In this document: piece by piece, positions 9,393 through 20,632 of the stretch | Position numbering within the stretch: position 1 is the first letter of the stretch | Layout: each line of letters opens with the position of its first letter | From: Vicinamibacteria bacterium | GTDB lineage: Bacteria > Acidobacteriota > Vicinamibacteria > Marinacidobacterales > Marinacidobacteraceae | Direction of reading: 5' to 3' | Assembly: GCA_963555995.3 (NCBI GenBank) | Contig: OY821641.1 | Location: 2,368,001-2,432,000 of the forward strand | DNA length: 64,000 nt | Made by a program: the position numbers and the translations under genes | Notes under the pieces: generated by a model | The model's input: the letters and a program-made list of their open reading frames with translations, nothing else | Databases searched by the model: none | Told to the model about the DNA's origin: nothing

Positions 9393-11243
9393 GTGCGGAC
9401 TTCCAGTTTTCTGAGCGCCGCCCTCGCAGCGCTCCTGATCGCCGGTTTCGCCATCTCGGCGCCGCCGGTGGCGGCGCCGGTGGCCGATGCCGCGCGGATC
9501 GGTGACCTCGATGCGGTCCGGGCCCTGCTCGCGGCCGGCGAGGACGTGAGCGCCGCCCACGGCGACGGCATGTCGGCCCTCCACTGGGCCGCCGAGCGCG
9601 GCGACACCGAACTCGTCCAGACGCTCCTCGAGGGCGGCGCCAAAGTGGACGCGGTGACCCGCATCGGCAGCTACACGCCGCTGCACGTGGCGAGTTCCGC
9701 CGGGCAGGCGGGGGTGATGGAGTTGCTGCTGGAGGCCGGTTCCGACGCGACGAGCGCGACCAGCCCGGGCGGAGCGACCCCCCTGCACCTCGCGGCGAAT
9801 GCGGGCAGCGTCGCCGCCATCGCGGCGCTGATCGCCCATGGCGCCGAGGTGGACGCCAGGGAAACCACCTGGGGCCAGACGCCGCTGATCTTCGCGGCGG
9901 CGCGCAACCGCGTGGAAGCGATCCGGGCGCTGCTCGAGCGCGGCGCGGATCCGAACGCCGCTTCGAACGTCGTGGACCTCATCGCCGACTACGAACTGGC
10001 CGAAGCGGCGAAGAAGCGGCAGGAAGCCGTGCTCGAGGCGTTCACCGGCGGGGAAGGCGATCCGACCTCGCCCCAGACGCAGACCGCGGTCCTCGCGGCT
10101 CGCGAGCTCTACCTGTCCGGAGAGGTCCCCGAGAAGAAGGGAGAGGACAACGATCCGTTCGCCCGCTTCCGCCGGCCGCAACTCAAGGCCAAGGGCGGGC
10201 TGACGCCGCTGCTGCACGCCGCCCGGCAGGGATTCCACGAGGCCGCGGCCGCGCTCCTCGAGGGCGATGCCGACGTCAATCAGGTGTCTGCCGCCGACGG
10301 CGCCAGTCCGCTGTTGATGGCGGCGGTCAACGGGCAGTTCGATCTGGCGATGGTCCTGCTCGAGCGGGGCGCCGACCCCAACGTCGCGGCGACGGAAAAC
10401 GGCGTAACGCCGCTCTGGGGGACGGTCAACGCCGAATGGCAACCCCGGACCCGCTATCCGCAGCCTCAGGAGCATGATCGGCAGGAGACCACCTACCTGG
10501 ATCTCATGCGGGCGCTTCTGGAAGCCGGCGCCGACCCGAACGCCCGGATCACCAAGCACCCCTGGTACATGGTCTACAGCGGCTGCGGCAACTCGAACTG
10601 CGGCCTCGTGAACACGGAGGGCGCGACCGCCTTCTGGCGGGCCGCCTACGCCACCGACATCCCGGCGATGCGCCTGCTGGCCGAGTACGGCGCCGATCCC
10701 AACATCCCCACCAAGGCGCCGGAACCACGGCGGCGCCGGGGCGGCACAACGGCGGGAGCCAGCGAGAAGAACACTTCCCTCTCGGCGCTGCCGGCCGCGC
10801 CCGGGCTCTGGATCCCCACCGACCTGACCTCCATGGGTCCCGACCCATCCGGGCTTCCGCCCTACAAGGCCGGCGGTCCGGGGGTGTATCCGATCCACGC
10901 CGCTTCCGGGGTGGGCTACGGCGAAGGTTTCGCCGGGAACGCCCACCGGCACTCGGACTCGTGGCTGGAGGCCGTCCAGTACCTGATCGAACTCGGCGCC
11001 GACGTGAACGAGCGGGATCAGAACGGCTACAACGCGATCCACCACGCAGCCGCGCGGGGTGACAACGAAATGATCCTCTTCCTGGTGGAGCACGGCGGCG
11101 ACGTCACCGCGGTGAGCCGGCGGGGGCAGACGACGGCCGACATGGCCAACGGCCCGGTACAGCGGGTATCGCCGATTCCCGAGACCGTGGCGCTGCTGGA
11201 GAGCCTGGGCTCGAAGAACAATCACAACTGCGTCTCGTGTTGA
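9393..11243 (+). CDS. Exported ankyrin-repeat protein
   Basis: Multiple G.TPLH.AA repeats; signal peptide; AGGAG before GTG 9393; C-terminal NHNCVSC. Confidence 0.9.
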   Translation: MRTSSFLSAALAALLIAGFAISAPPVAAPVADAARIGDLDAVRALLAAGEDVSAAHGDGMSALHWAAERGDTELVQTLLEGGAKVDAVTRIGSYTPLHVASSAGQAGVMELLLEAGSDATSATSPGGATPLHLAANAGSVAAIAALIAHGAEVDARETTWGQTPLIFAAARNRVEAIRALLERGADPNAASNVVDLIADYELAEAAKKRQEAVLEAFTGGEGDPTSPQTQTAVLAARELYLSGEVPEKKGEDNDPFARFRRPQLKAKGGLTPLLHAARQGFHEAAAALLEGDADVNQVSAADGASPLLMAAVNGQFDLAMVLLERGADPNVAATENGVTPLWGTVNAEWQPRTRYPQPQEHDRQETTYLDLMRALLEAGADPNARITKHPWYMVYSGCGNSNCGLVNTEGATAFWRAAYATDIPAMRLLAEYGADPNIPTKAPEPRRRRGGTTAGASEKNTSLSALPAAPGLWIPTDLTSMGPDPSGLPPYKAGGPGVYPIHAASGVGYGEGFAGNAHRHSDSWLEAVQYLIELGADVNERDQNGYNAIHHAAARGDNEMILFLVEHGGDVTAVSRRGQTTADMANGPVQRVSPIPETVALLESLGSKNNHNCVSC

Positions 11244-12007
11244 GCCTGTTCGAGGCATGGCGTTTGGCGCCGGTCGCACTGCTGCTGGCCGGCGCCCTTC
11301 CGGCGGCGGCCACAGCGCAGGAGGCGCCGGAAACGACGCCGTGGATGGAAATGGCCCTCGTCGGGGTGGACCCGGGCCAGGTGGACGAGTTCCTGGCGGC
11401 GCAGCGCGAGTTGGCGGCCCTCGAGCAGAAGGCTGGCGCACCCTGGCGGGTGGTAAGCCGCACCGCGGGGTTCGGGGACACCTACCGGTTCGTGATCGTG
11501 AAACCGCTCGCCCAGTTCGCCCAACTGGACCGGCCCGGACGTCCCGATCCTGCTCGCACTTCCGTCGAGAGCCGCATCGAGCGCACCGTGACCAGCCGCC
11601 GGACCTTCGCGCTCCGGACCACGCCCGACATAGACAACCCGCTCCCCGACGGCCGGGATCCGGCCCTGATGCTGGTCCAGTTGGTCTCCGTGGTTCCCGG
11701 CCGCGAACAGGACTACGTCCGGGTCATGGCCGAGGACGTGCTGCCTCACTTCAAGGAGGCGAACATGCACCACTCCTCGGGCGCCCTGACGCTCGGGGGC
11801 GACAGCGGCTACATCCACTTCTTCCATCTGCGGAACTTCGGGGCGCTCGACCAGGGCTCGCCCATGGCCCGAGCCCTCGGGCCCGAAGGCGCGCTGGAGG
11901 TCACCGCCAAGCTGGCGGGCGTGCTGGCGCGGACCGAGCAGTGGATCGTCCGCCACCTGCCGGACCTGAGCTTCCGGCAGGAAGCGAAAGCCGAAGGCGA
12001 GAACTGA
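11237..12007 (+). CDS. Exported hypothetical protein with two tandem NIPSNAP/dimeric alpha-beta-barrel-like domains
   Basis: Signal peptide; internal duplication ([10 protein letters not shown] / [11 protein letters not shown]...GGD); overlaps the ankyrin stop codon. Confidence 0.6.
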   Translation: MLSLFEAWRLAPVALLLAGALPAAATAQEAPETTPWMEMALVGVDPGQVDEFLAAQRELAALEQKAGAPWRVVSRTAGFGDTYRFVIVKPLAQFAQLDRPGRPDPARTSVESRIERTVTSRRTFALRTTPDIDNPLPDGRDPALMLVQLVSVVPGREQDYVRVMAEDVLPHFKEANMHHSSGALTLGGDSGYIHFFHLRNFGALDQGSPMARALGPEGALEVTAKLAGVLARTEQWIVRHLPDLSFRQEAKAEGEN

Positions 12008-12047
12008 GCCGCGATGCCGGCCTGAGAGCCGGCGTGTCCTCCGGGGC

Positions 12048-12053
12048 TACAAT
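12048..12053 (+). promoter_or_regulatory. -10 element (TACAAT) immediately upstream of clpX
   Basis: TACAAT 9 nt before GTG; no Shine-Dalgarno. Confidence 0.5.
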
Positions 12054-12062
12054 GGCCGCGCA

Positions 12063-13337
<1,275 letters not shown>

Positions 13338-13382
13338 TCCGGTCCTGGGACCCGTCGGGGTCCCTCTTGCAATCTCCTACCC

Positions 13383-14012
13383 ATGCCGAAAGCGCCCCGC
13401 GACCGCGCCCGCTTCGTGACGAGCGCCGTCACCAGGGCGGGCTTTCCCTCCGCCCCCCTTCCCGAGGTGGCGTTCGTGGGCCGGTCGAACGTGGGGAAGT
13501 CGAGCCTTCTCAACCGGCTGGCGGGCCAGCGGGGCCTGGCCCACGTCTCCCGGACACCCGGCCGGACGCGCATGGTCAACTTCTTCGAGGTGCCCGGACG
13601 CTACCGGCTCGTGGACCTTCCCGGTTACGGCTATGCCCGGGCGCCGGAGGCGCTCCGCGCCGGGTGGGAGGACCTGGTGCTCGCCTACCTGACCGGACGG
13701 GCGAGTCTCGTGCTGAACCTGCTGCTGGTGGACGCGCGGCGCGATCCGCTTGCGAACGACCTGAAGGCGCTGGAACTGCTCGGCTCCAGCGGGCGGCCGG
13801 TGGCCGTGGTGGCGACCAAGATGGACAAGCTCAGGAGTTCGCAGGCCGCATCGCGGCTGCGGCAGCTCTCGCAGGCGTTCGGCAGGGACGGAGAAGTTCG
13901 GGTGATTCCCTGCTCGACGGTGACCAGCGGCAAGCGGCCGCGGGACCCCGGCCGGGAAGGAGTCGGCGAGGTTCGCCAACTGATCGCCGAAAGGGTCGAG
14001 GCATGGCGCTGA
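13383..14012 (+). CDS. engB: Ribosome biogenesis GTPase YihA/YsxC
   Basis: GRSNVGKSS, SRTPGRT, DLPGYGYA, TKMDK. Confidence 0.93.
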   Translation: MPKAPRDRARFVTSAVTRAGFPSAPLPEVAFVGRSNVGKSSLLNRLAGQRGLAHVSRTPGRTRMVNFFEVPGRYRLVDLPGYGYARAPEALRAGWEDLVLAYLTGRASLVLNLLLVDARRDPLANDLKALELLGSSGRPVAVVATKMDKLRSSQAASRLRQLSQAFGRDGEVRVIPCSTVTSGKRPRDPGREGVGEVRQLIAERVEAWR

Positions 14013-15364
14013 GTTCCGGCGCCGGCACGATCCGGCGCCGTTCCCGCAAGGTGTTCCGCGCCGGCCCCCGTGTCCTCGAAAAGGCGCCGCCCCCCTCCGG
14101 GCCGGTGCTCTACACCGCAGAACTCGCCCGCATGAGCCCCCCGGACCTGCAGCGGGTCGCGGCGGACCTGGGGATCGCCACCCCGGACGCGCTGACCCGG
14201 CAGGATCTCCTCTACCGGGTGCTCGGGGCGCACACGAGTCAGGGAGGGCGGGTCGTGGCCCAGGGGACCCTGCACCGCCTGGTGGAGGGGTTCGGGTTCC
14301 TCCGCTCTCCCATCAACTCCTATCTCCCGGGCCCCAACGACGTGTACGTCTCGCCCACCCAGATTCGCCGGTTCAACCTCAGGAACGGCGACATGCTGCT
14401 CGGCGACATCCGCCGGCCGCGCCGCGGGGAGCGCTACTTCGGACTCCGCGATCTCGAGATGGTGAACGGCGAACCCGCCGTGGAGAACCCGGAGCGGCCC
14501 GAGTTCGAGTCCCTCACGCCCCTCCATCCGGACCACATGATCCGGCTCGAGAACGACTCGGGGGACCTGGCGGCGCGGGTCGTGGATCTGGTGGCGCCCA
14601 TCGGGGCCGGCCAGCGCGGACTCATCGTGGCGCCGCCGCGGGCAGGCAAGACCGTCCTGCTGCAATCCATCGCGAAAGGCATCCAGAAGAACCACCCGGA
14701 CGTCGAGTTGCTGGTCCTGCTGGTGGACGAGCGGCCGGAGGAAGTCTCCGACATGGTCAAGAGCGTCCGGGGCGAAATCCTGAGCTCGACCTTCGACGAA
14801 CGCGGGATCCGCCACATCCAGGTCGCGGAAGCAGCGCTCGACCGCGCCCGGCGGCGCGTCGAGCTGGGCAAAGACGTGGTCATCCTCCTGGACTCGCTGA
14901 CCCGCCTGGCGCGGGCCTACAACCACACCAAGGCCTCCGCCCAGGGCCGGCTGCTCTCCGGGGGCATGGATGCCACCGCCATCCAGTACCCGAAGAAGTT
15001 CTTCGGCGCCGCGCGGAACATCGAGGACGGAGGTTCGCTGACCATCCTGGCCACCGCGCTGGTGGACACCGGCAGCCGGCTCGACGATCTCGTCTATGAG
15101 GAGTTCAAGGGCACCGGGAACATGGAGATCCATCTCGATCAGCGCCTTCTGGAGCAGCGTCTCTTCCCCGCGATCGACCTCCACCAAAGCGGCACGCGGC
15201 GGGAGGAACTGCTGCTTACTCCCGAAGAGCTGCAGCGGATGGTCGTCCTCCGGCGGGTGCTCGCCTCGCTGGACGCGGTGGAGGCGATGGCGCTCGTCAT
15301 CGAGAAGATGGGGCAGACCGGGTCGAACGCGGAGTTCCTGCAGGCCATGACGAACTCCGACTGA
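14003..15364 (+). CDS. rho: Transcription termination factor Rho
   Basis: [62 protein letters not shown]. Confidence 0.97.
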   Translation: MALSSGAGTIRRRSRKVFRAGPRVLEKAPPPSGPVLYTAELARMSPPDLQRVAADLGIATPDALTRQDLLYRVLGAHTSQGGRVVAQGTLHRLVEGFGFLRSPINSYLPGPNDVYVSPTQIRRFNLRNGDMLLGDIRRPRRGERYFGLRDLEMVNGEPAVENPERPEFESLTPLHPDHMIRLENDSGDLAARVVDLVAPIGAGQRGLIVAPPRAGKTVLLQSIAKGIQKNHPDVELLVLLVDERPEEVSDMVKSVRGEILSSTFDERGIRHIQVAEAALDRARRRVELGKDVVILLDSLTRLARAYNHTKASAQGRLLSGGMDATAIQYPKKFFGAARNIEDGGSLTILATALVDTGSRLDDLVYEEFKGTGNMEIHLDQRLLEQRLFPAIDLHQSGTRREELLLTPEELQRMVVLRRVLASLDAVEAMALVIEKMGQTGSNAEFLQAMTNSD

Positions 15365-15394
15365 GCGCCACCGCACCGCGGCGCCTTCGGACTG

Positions 15395-15581
15395 CTAGCA
15401 GCCTGTGGTGAAACCCACGTGAGCGCCGAGACGGGTGAGGCGCCCGGCTGACAAGGCGCGTGAGGGAGGAATGCCGAGTGTATTCCGACCGAAACGCAAC
15501 GCAGAGCGCCTCGCAGAGGCGCGGTTCAGGCGGGATGCTTCGCCCGTCGAACGCCGCGTGGGTTTTGCCAGAGGCTGCTAG
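15395..15581 (+). mobile_element. 187-bp structured MITE/REPIN-like element, copy B
   Basis: CTAG-CAGCCTGTGGTGAAACCCACG...CGTGGGTTTTGCCAGAGGCTG-CTAG; reverse-complement homologue of copy A. Confidence 0.85.
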
Positions 15582-15597
15582 ACTTCGCGCCCCTCGA

Positions 15598-15837
15598 ATG
15601 CGCCCCGACATCCACCCCGAATACAACGAGATCACGGTGAACTGCGCCTGCGGCGCCAGTTTCGTGACCCGTTCCACCCGGGGCAGCGATCTGCGGCTCG
15701 AGATCTGTTCCGCCTGCCATCCGTTCTTTACCGGGAAGCACCGGATCGTGGACTCGACCGGACGGGTGGAACGGTTCCGCCAGAAGTACGGCGAGGTTCG
15801 ATCGCGGCGGGCGGCGCAGGCGAGCGCCACGCAGTAG
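15598..15837 (+). CDS. rpmE: 50S ribosomal protein L31 (Zn-binding type)
   Basis: [29 protein letters not shown]. Confidence 0.96.
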   Translation: MRPDIHPEYNEITVNCACGASFVTRSTRGSDLRLEICSACHPFFTGKHRIVDSTGRVERFRQKYGEVRSRRAAQASATQ

Positions 15838-16035
15838 CAGCGCTCTCGGGCAGGAATTCGCAACCGGTCCGGGTTCCGGATCCGTGCGCCTGTCCGTTCC
15901 CGGACCACGGCGCCCTTCGGCCGGAAACCCGGCCCGTCCGTGGACCGCTACCATGATGCCCGCGCCGTCCCGGGCCCGGGCCGAAACCCAGGGCGCTCGG
16001 CTCGCCCGAAGCACACCGCCGACAAAGACATCGCC

Positions 16036-17142
16036 ATGACCATCAGGACCGCGGCCGGAGACGCCGGCGCGGGGATCGAAGCCGCCCTCGCCGCCGCCGA
16101 AGAGCGCTACCGCGAGGTCACCGCTAGGCTCGCCAGTCCCGGCGTCCTCGCCGATCCGGCGGAGCTCCGCCGTCTTTCGACGATGCATGCCGAGCTGGAG
16201 CCGCTGATGGACGCCGGGGGACGGTATCGGCAACTCGGCGAACGGCTCGCGGAAGCGATCGAAATGGAGAGCGACCCGGACCCCGAGGTGGCCGAGCTGG
16301 CGGCCGAGGAAGCCGCCGGGACGCGCGCTGAACTGGAACTGGTCACCGGCGAGATCCGGCGCCGGCTGCTTCCCCGGGATCCGAACGACGACCGCAACGT
16401 GCTGCTCGAGGTGAGGGCCGGGACCGGCGGGGAGGAAGCGGCCCTCTTCGCCCGCGAGGTCTTCCGGATGTACGAACAGTACGCGCGGTCCAACGGGTTC
16501 CGGGTGGACGTGGTCTCCAGCCAGGAATCCCCGGTGGGGGGCATCAAGGAAATCGTCTCGGTGATCGAGGGCAAGGGCGCCTTCAACCGGCTGAAGTTCG
16601 AGAGCGGGGTGCACCGCGTACAGCGGGTGCCGGCGACCGAGGCGTCCGGACGGATCCATACCTCCGCGGTCACGGTGGCCGTGCTCCCGGAGGCCGAGGA
16701 CGTCGAGATCCAGATTGATCCCAAGGACCTGCGCGTGGACACGTTCTGCTCCTCCGGCCCCGGCGGCCAGAGCGTGAACACCACCTATTCGGCGGTGCGC
16801 ATCACCCACCTTCCCTCCGGGCTGGTGGTGAGCTGCCAGGACGAGAAATCGCAGATCAAGAACAAGGCGAAGGCGCTGCGCGTCCTCAAATCCCGACTGC
16901 TCGAAGTGGCCCGGCAGGAGCAGCAGGCGCAGGTGGCCGAGGCGCGGCGCGGACAGGTGGGCCGCGGCGACCGGAGCGAAAAGATCCGGACCTACAACTT
17001 CAAGGAGAACCGGATCACCGACCACCGGATCGCGCTCACCCTCCACTCCCTCCCGAACGTCCTGGGGGGAGAGCTCGACCCGCTGATCGAGCCGCTCCAC
17101 GCCCGGGAGCAGTCCGAGCGGCTGAGGGCCCTGAACCTCTGA
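16036..17142 (+). CDS. prfA: Peptide chain release factor 1
   Basis: GTGGEEAALF, ESGVHRVQRVPATE (PxT), GPGGQSVN, RSEKIRTYNF. Confidence 0.96.
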   Translation: MTIRTAAGDAGAGIEAALAAAEERYREVTARLASPGVLADPAELRRLSTMHAELEPLMDAGGRYRQLGERLAEAIEMESDPDPEVAELAAEEAAGTRAELELVTGEIRRRLLPRDPNDDRNVLLEVRAGTGGEEAALFAREVFRMYEQYARSNGFRVDVVSSQESPVGGIKEIVSVIEGKGAFNRLKFESGVHRVQRVPATEASGRIHTSAVTVAVLPEAEDVEIQIDPKDLRVDTFCSSGPGGQSVNTTYSAVRITHLPSGLVVSCQDEKSQIKNKAKALRVLKSRLLEVARQEQQAQVAEARRGQVGRGDRSEKIRTYNFKENRITDHRIALTLHSLPNVLGGELDPLIEPLHAREQSERLRALNL

Positions 17143-18002
17143 GCGAACCGACGGTCCGGGCCGCGCTCCGCCGGGGTGCGGAGCGGCTCGCCGCCGCCGG
17201 GATCGGGTCACCGGAGTTCGACGCCGGGCTGCTGCTGCGGACCGCCGCGCGTTGGTCCGCCGCTGAGCTGATCGCGCGGACCCGGGACGCTCTCTCTCCC
17301 TCGGTGCGGGATTCGTTCGACGCCCTGATCGCCGAGCGGGCGGCCCGGCGGCCGCTCCAGCACCTCGTGGGCGAAACCGAGTTCTTCGGCCTGACCCTGA
17401 AGGTCGGTCCCGAGGCGCTCATTCCCCGCCCGGACACCGAGACCCTCGTGGAGGCGGCTCTCCTCCGGTTCGAGAGGAGCGGCCCGGCGCCCTACCGGAT
17501 CGCCGACGTGGGGTGCGGAACGGGAGCCATCGCCCTGGCGCTCGCGTCCCGGTTGCCCGCGGCCCGCGTCTTCGCCGTCGAAAACGCTCCCGGAGCGCTC
17601 GAGCTGGCCGCCGCCAACATCCGCAGGTGCAACCTGGGGTCCCGAGTGCGGCTGGTGCGCGGCGACCTGCTGGCGGACTTCGGCTCCGGAACGCTGGACG
17701 GGGTGGTCGCCAACCTGCCCTACATCCCCGACGCGGAGATCGCCGGGCTCGAACCCGAGGTCCGCGAGCACGAGCCCCGGGAGGCTCTCGCCGGGGGTCC
17801 GGACGGCCTGGACCCGCTCCGCCGGCTGGCGCCGATGGCGGCGCGGGCCGTCCGCCCCGGCGGCCGGGTTCTCGTCGAGATCGGCGCCGGCCAACAGGAC
17901 GCCGCGACCGGAATCCTGACGGACGCGGGTCTCGGCCACGTCGAGTCTCTTCCCGACCTCAAGGGCATCCCACGGGTGCTCGCCGCCTCGCTTCCCGCCT
18001 GA
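17139..18002 (+). CDS. prmC: Release factor glutamine methyltransferase, probably with a CTG start
   Basis: PLQHLVG, LIPRPDTE, DVGCGTG, NLPY, ALAGGPDGL; the PrmC N-domain (LAAAGIGSPEFDAGLLL) lies upstream of the first ATG/GTG/TTG. Confidence 0.9.
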   Translation: MSEPTVRAALRRGAERLAAAGIGSPEFDAGLLLRTAARWSAAELIARTRDALSPSVRDSFDALIAERAARRPLQHLVGETEFFGLTLKVGPEALIPRPDTETLVEAALLRFERSGPAPYRIADVGCGTGAIALALASRLPAARVFAVENAPGALELAAANIRRCNLGSRVRLVRGDLLADFGSGTLDGVVANLPYIPDAEIAGLEPEVREHEPREALAGGPDGLDPLRRLAPMAARAVRPGGRVLVEIGAGQQDAATGILTDAGLGHVESLPDLKGIPRVLAASLPA

Positions 18003-18037
18003 CCGGACCCGCCGCCCGAAGCGGATAGGATCGAACC

Positions 18038-19519
18038 GTGATCTACGTCGTCACCGTTCTCGGCTACCTGGGGCTCCTGGTGTTCATCGCCCTCCGCCGG
18101 GCGCGGAACGTATCCACCCAGGACGACTTCATGGTCGCGGGGCGGTCGGTGCCGTGGCAGGTCCTGGTCGGAACCCTGATCTGCACCTGGATCGGTTCCG
18201 GGAGTCTCTTCGGCGGCGCCGGCCGGGCGTTCCGCGAAGGCTTCTCCGCGCTCTGGATGAGCGCCGGCGCCTGGGTCGGCATCGTGGTGGTCTTTTTCCT
18301 CGCCGCCAGGGTCCGCCGGATCGCGGAATACACCGTTCCCGACCTGCTGGAGCGCCGCTACCACCCGGCGGCGCGGCTCCTCGGGACGACGGCGATCGGC
18401 ATCGCCTACCTCACCATCGCCGGCTACCAGTTCGTGGGGGGCGGACGGCTGCTGGCCATCCTGTTCCCGGGGCTCGACCCCGACGTGGGCATGACCATCG
18501 TCGCGGTGCTGGTGACGGTCTTCGCGGTGAGCGCCGGCATGCTTTCGGTCATCAGCCTCGACGTGGTGAACGGCATCATCATCATCGTCAGCATCCTGAT
18601 CGCGGCGCCGCTCGCCTTCGCCGGGGCCGGAGGCGTCGAGGGACTGACCAGCGTCCTTCCGGAGACCCACTTCACCCTCACGGGCCGGCTCGGCCTCTCG
18701 GCGGCGATCGGGCTCTTCCTGCCCACCATGCTGCTCCTGCTGGGCGAGAGCGGCATGTACCAGAAGTTCTACGCCGCCCGGTCCGGGGCCGCGGCCCGGA
18801 AGGCGGTGCTCGGGATGATCGTGGGGGTGATCCTGATCGAGGTCCTGATCGTCGCCACCGCGGTCTTCGCCGCCGCCGGCTATTGGGACGATCCCACCTT
18901 CCGGACCGCGGGGGGATTCGACGCCCGGGCCACCGAGACGGTGCTCCTCGAGTTCGCCCGCCACCAGCTCCCGGCGTTCGCGGGATGCCTCCTGCTGGCC
19001 GGCGCGGTGGCCATCATCTTCTCCACCGCCACGACCTTCCTGTTGGTCCCCTCCACCGGGATGGCGCGGGACATCTACCAGCGCTTCGTGCGTCCGGACG
19101 CCGACTCCGGGACGGTGATCCGCTTCCAGCGCTTCGCGATGGTGGGCCTCTCGGCGCTGGCGCTCGTCATCACCACCCGCTTCGAGAGCATTCTGGACAT
19201 GGCGCTCTACGCCTACACGATGGTGGGGGCCGCGGTGACCCCCGCCCTGCTGGCGGCGTTCCTCTGGCGGCGGGCCAGCCCGATCGGGGGCGTCATTTCC
19301 ATCTCCGCCGGGATCGTGACCACCCTGATCTTCGGCGTCCTGAACTCCGCCGGGTTCGAGCGGGTCTGGTTCCTTCCGACCGACTACGACTACGTGATCT
19401 ATCCCGCCGCGGTCGCTTCGGTCTCCGGGCTGGTCATCGGCAGCCTGCTCACCGCGCCGGCGCGGCCCGAGCAGGTGGAGCCGTTCACGGGAGGCGGGGA
19501 CGCCGATGCCGGAAGCTGA
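18038..19519 (+). CDS. Sodium:solute symporter family transporter
   Basis: DFMVAGRS, TWIGSGS, TVPDLLERRY, many hydrophobic segments. Confidence 0.9.
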   Translation: MIYVVTVLGYLGLLVFIALRRARNVSTQDDFMVAGRSVPWQVLVGTLICTWIGSGSLFGGAGRAFREGFSALWMSAGAWVGIVVVFFLAARVRRIAEYTVPDLLERRYHPAARLLGTTAIGIAYLTIAGYQFVGGGRLLAILFPGLDPDVGMTIVAVLVTVFAVSAGMLSVISLDVVNGIIIIVSILIAAPLAFAGAGGVEGLTSVLPETHFTLTGRLGLSAAIGLFLPTMLLLLGESGMYQKFYAARSGAAARKAVLGMIVGVILIEVLIVATAVFAAAGYWDDPTFRTAGGFDARATETVLLEFARHQLPAFAGCLLLAGAVAIIFSTATTFLLVPSTGMARDIYQRFVRPDADSGTVIRFQRFAMVGLSALALVITTRFESILDMALYAYTMVGAAVTPALLAAFLWRRASPIGGVISISAGIVTTLIFGVLNSAGFERVWFLPTDYDYVIYPAAVASVSGLVIGSLLTAPARPEQVEPFTGGGDADAGS

Positions 19520-20291
19520 GGTCGGCATCGTCCGCCGCGGCTCCGCCGCGCGGGTCGAGATGCGTTGGCCCGAGAAACGGAACGCCCTGTCGGTCGCCAT
19601 GATGGACCGGCTGGCGGCGGCGCTCCGGGAAGGGGCCGGGGAAGAGGGCGCTCGGGCCATCGTGCTGGCGGGCGCCGGCCCGGCGTTTTCCGCGGGCCAC
19701 TACCTGCCCGAGATGGTGGGGGCGGGCCCGGAGGAGCAGCGCCGCGTCTTCACCGCCTGTTCCGCCCTCATGGACACGATCCGGTCCCTGCCGCTTCCGG
19801 TGATCGCGGAGGTGCGGGGCATCGCCACCGCGGCCGGCTGTCAACTGGTGGCGGCCTGCGACCTCGCGGTGGCCGCGGCAACCGCGCGCTTCGCCACTCC
19901 CGGAGTGCGGATCGGACTCTTCTGCTCCACGCCCATGGTCCCGGTGAGCCGGGCGGTGGGAAGGAAGCGCGCCATGGAGATGCTCCTCACCGGGGACTTC
20001 GTGGACGCAACGACCGCCCTCGAGTGGGGGCTCGTGAACCGGGTGGTCCCGGAAGAACGGCTCGAAGAAGAAAGCCAGGCATTCGCCGAGCGCATCGCCG
20101 AAGCCAGCCCCTTCGTGGTCGCGCTCGGCAAGCGCGCCTTCCACCGCCAGGCCGGCCTCAACGTGGAAGACGCCTATGCCCAGATGTCGGAAGTGATGTG
20201 CGGGAACGCGGTCCAACCCGACGCCCAGGAGGGCATGAAGGCCTTCCTCGAGAAGCGCCAACCACGCTGGACGCAGAGCGCCGGTTCCTGA
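19506..20291 (+). CDS. Enoyl-CoA hydratase/crotonase family protein (ECHDC3-like)
   Basis: KRNALS, AFSAGH, ATAAGCQLVAACDL, FATPGVRIGLFCSTP, MEMLLTG. Confidence 0.9.
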   Translation: MPEAEVGIVRRGSAARVEMRWPEKRNALSVAMMDRLAAALREGAGEEGARAIVLAGAGPAFSAGHYLPEMVGAGPEEQRRVFTACSALMDTIRSLPLPVIAEVRGIATAAGCQLVAACDLAVAAATARFATPGVRIGLFCSTPMVPVSRAVGRKRAMEMLLTGDFVDATTALEWGLVNRVVPEERLEEESQAFAERIAEASPFVVALGKRAFHRQAGLNVEDAYAQMSEVMCGNAVQPDAQEGMKAFLEKRQPRWTQSAGS

Positions 20292-20340
20292 CCGGGGCGC
20301 GGTTCCGCCGGGTTGGACCCCCAACCGAAATGGCGGAAAC

Positions 20341-20370
20341 GGCTAGGAACGCTGGCCTCCAGACCGGCAC
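20341..20370 (+). repeat. REP-like repeat (hairpin 1)
   Basis: GGAACGCTGGCCTCCAGACCGGCAC. Confidence 0.8.
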
Positions 20371-20488
20371 CAGCGGTCGTCCGGGCCGCGGGAAGGGGCA
20401 TCGCTATCCGCCCTTGTGGAAGGGCGTACGGCGATTCCCCGTCCGTTCAGGTTGACGCTGGGGAAAGAGCCATCCCGCGGATCAGCGT

Positions 20489-20548
20489 CGCGCCGTGCGC
20501 GGTGCGGAGCACCGCGCGTGCCGGTCAGAGACCGGCGTTCCAAGCCGG
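20489..20548 (-). repeat. REP-like two-hairpin repeat
   Basis: Reverse complement reads CCGGCTTGGAACGCCGGTCTCTGACCGGCACGCGCGGTGCTCCGCACCGCGCACGGCGCG. Confidence 0.85.
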
Positions 20549-20632
20549 GGACGCCTTCCCACCGATCCGCGGCGCGAGAGGTGGCTCCGTCGCTCGCGCA
20601 GTCGGGAACAACGGCGATCGTCCGTGTGCGTT

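Noticed and set aside
15445-15500. CTGACAA...GAAAC in the 187-bp element as a hammerhead ribozyme core
   Set aside because: CUGANGA is not matched, and copy C has CCGACAA at this position.
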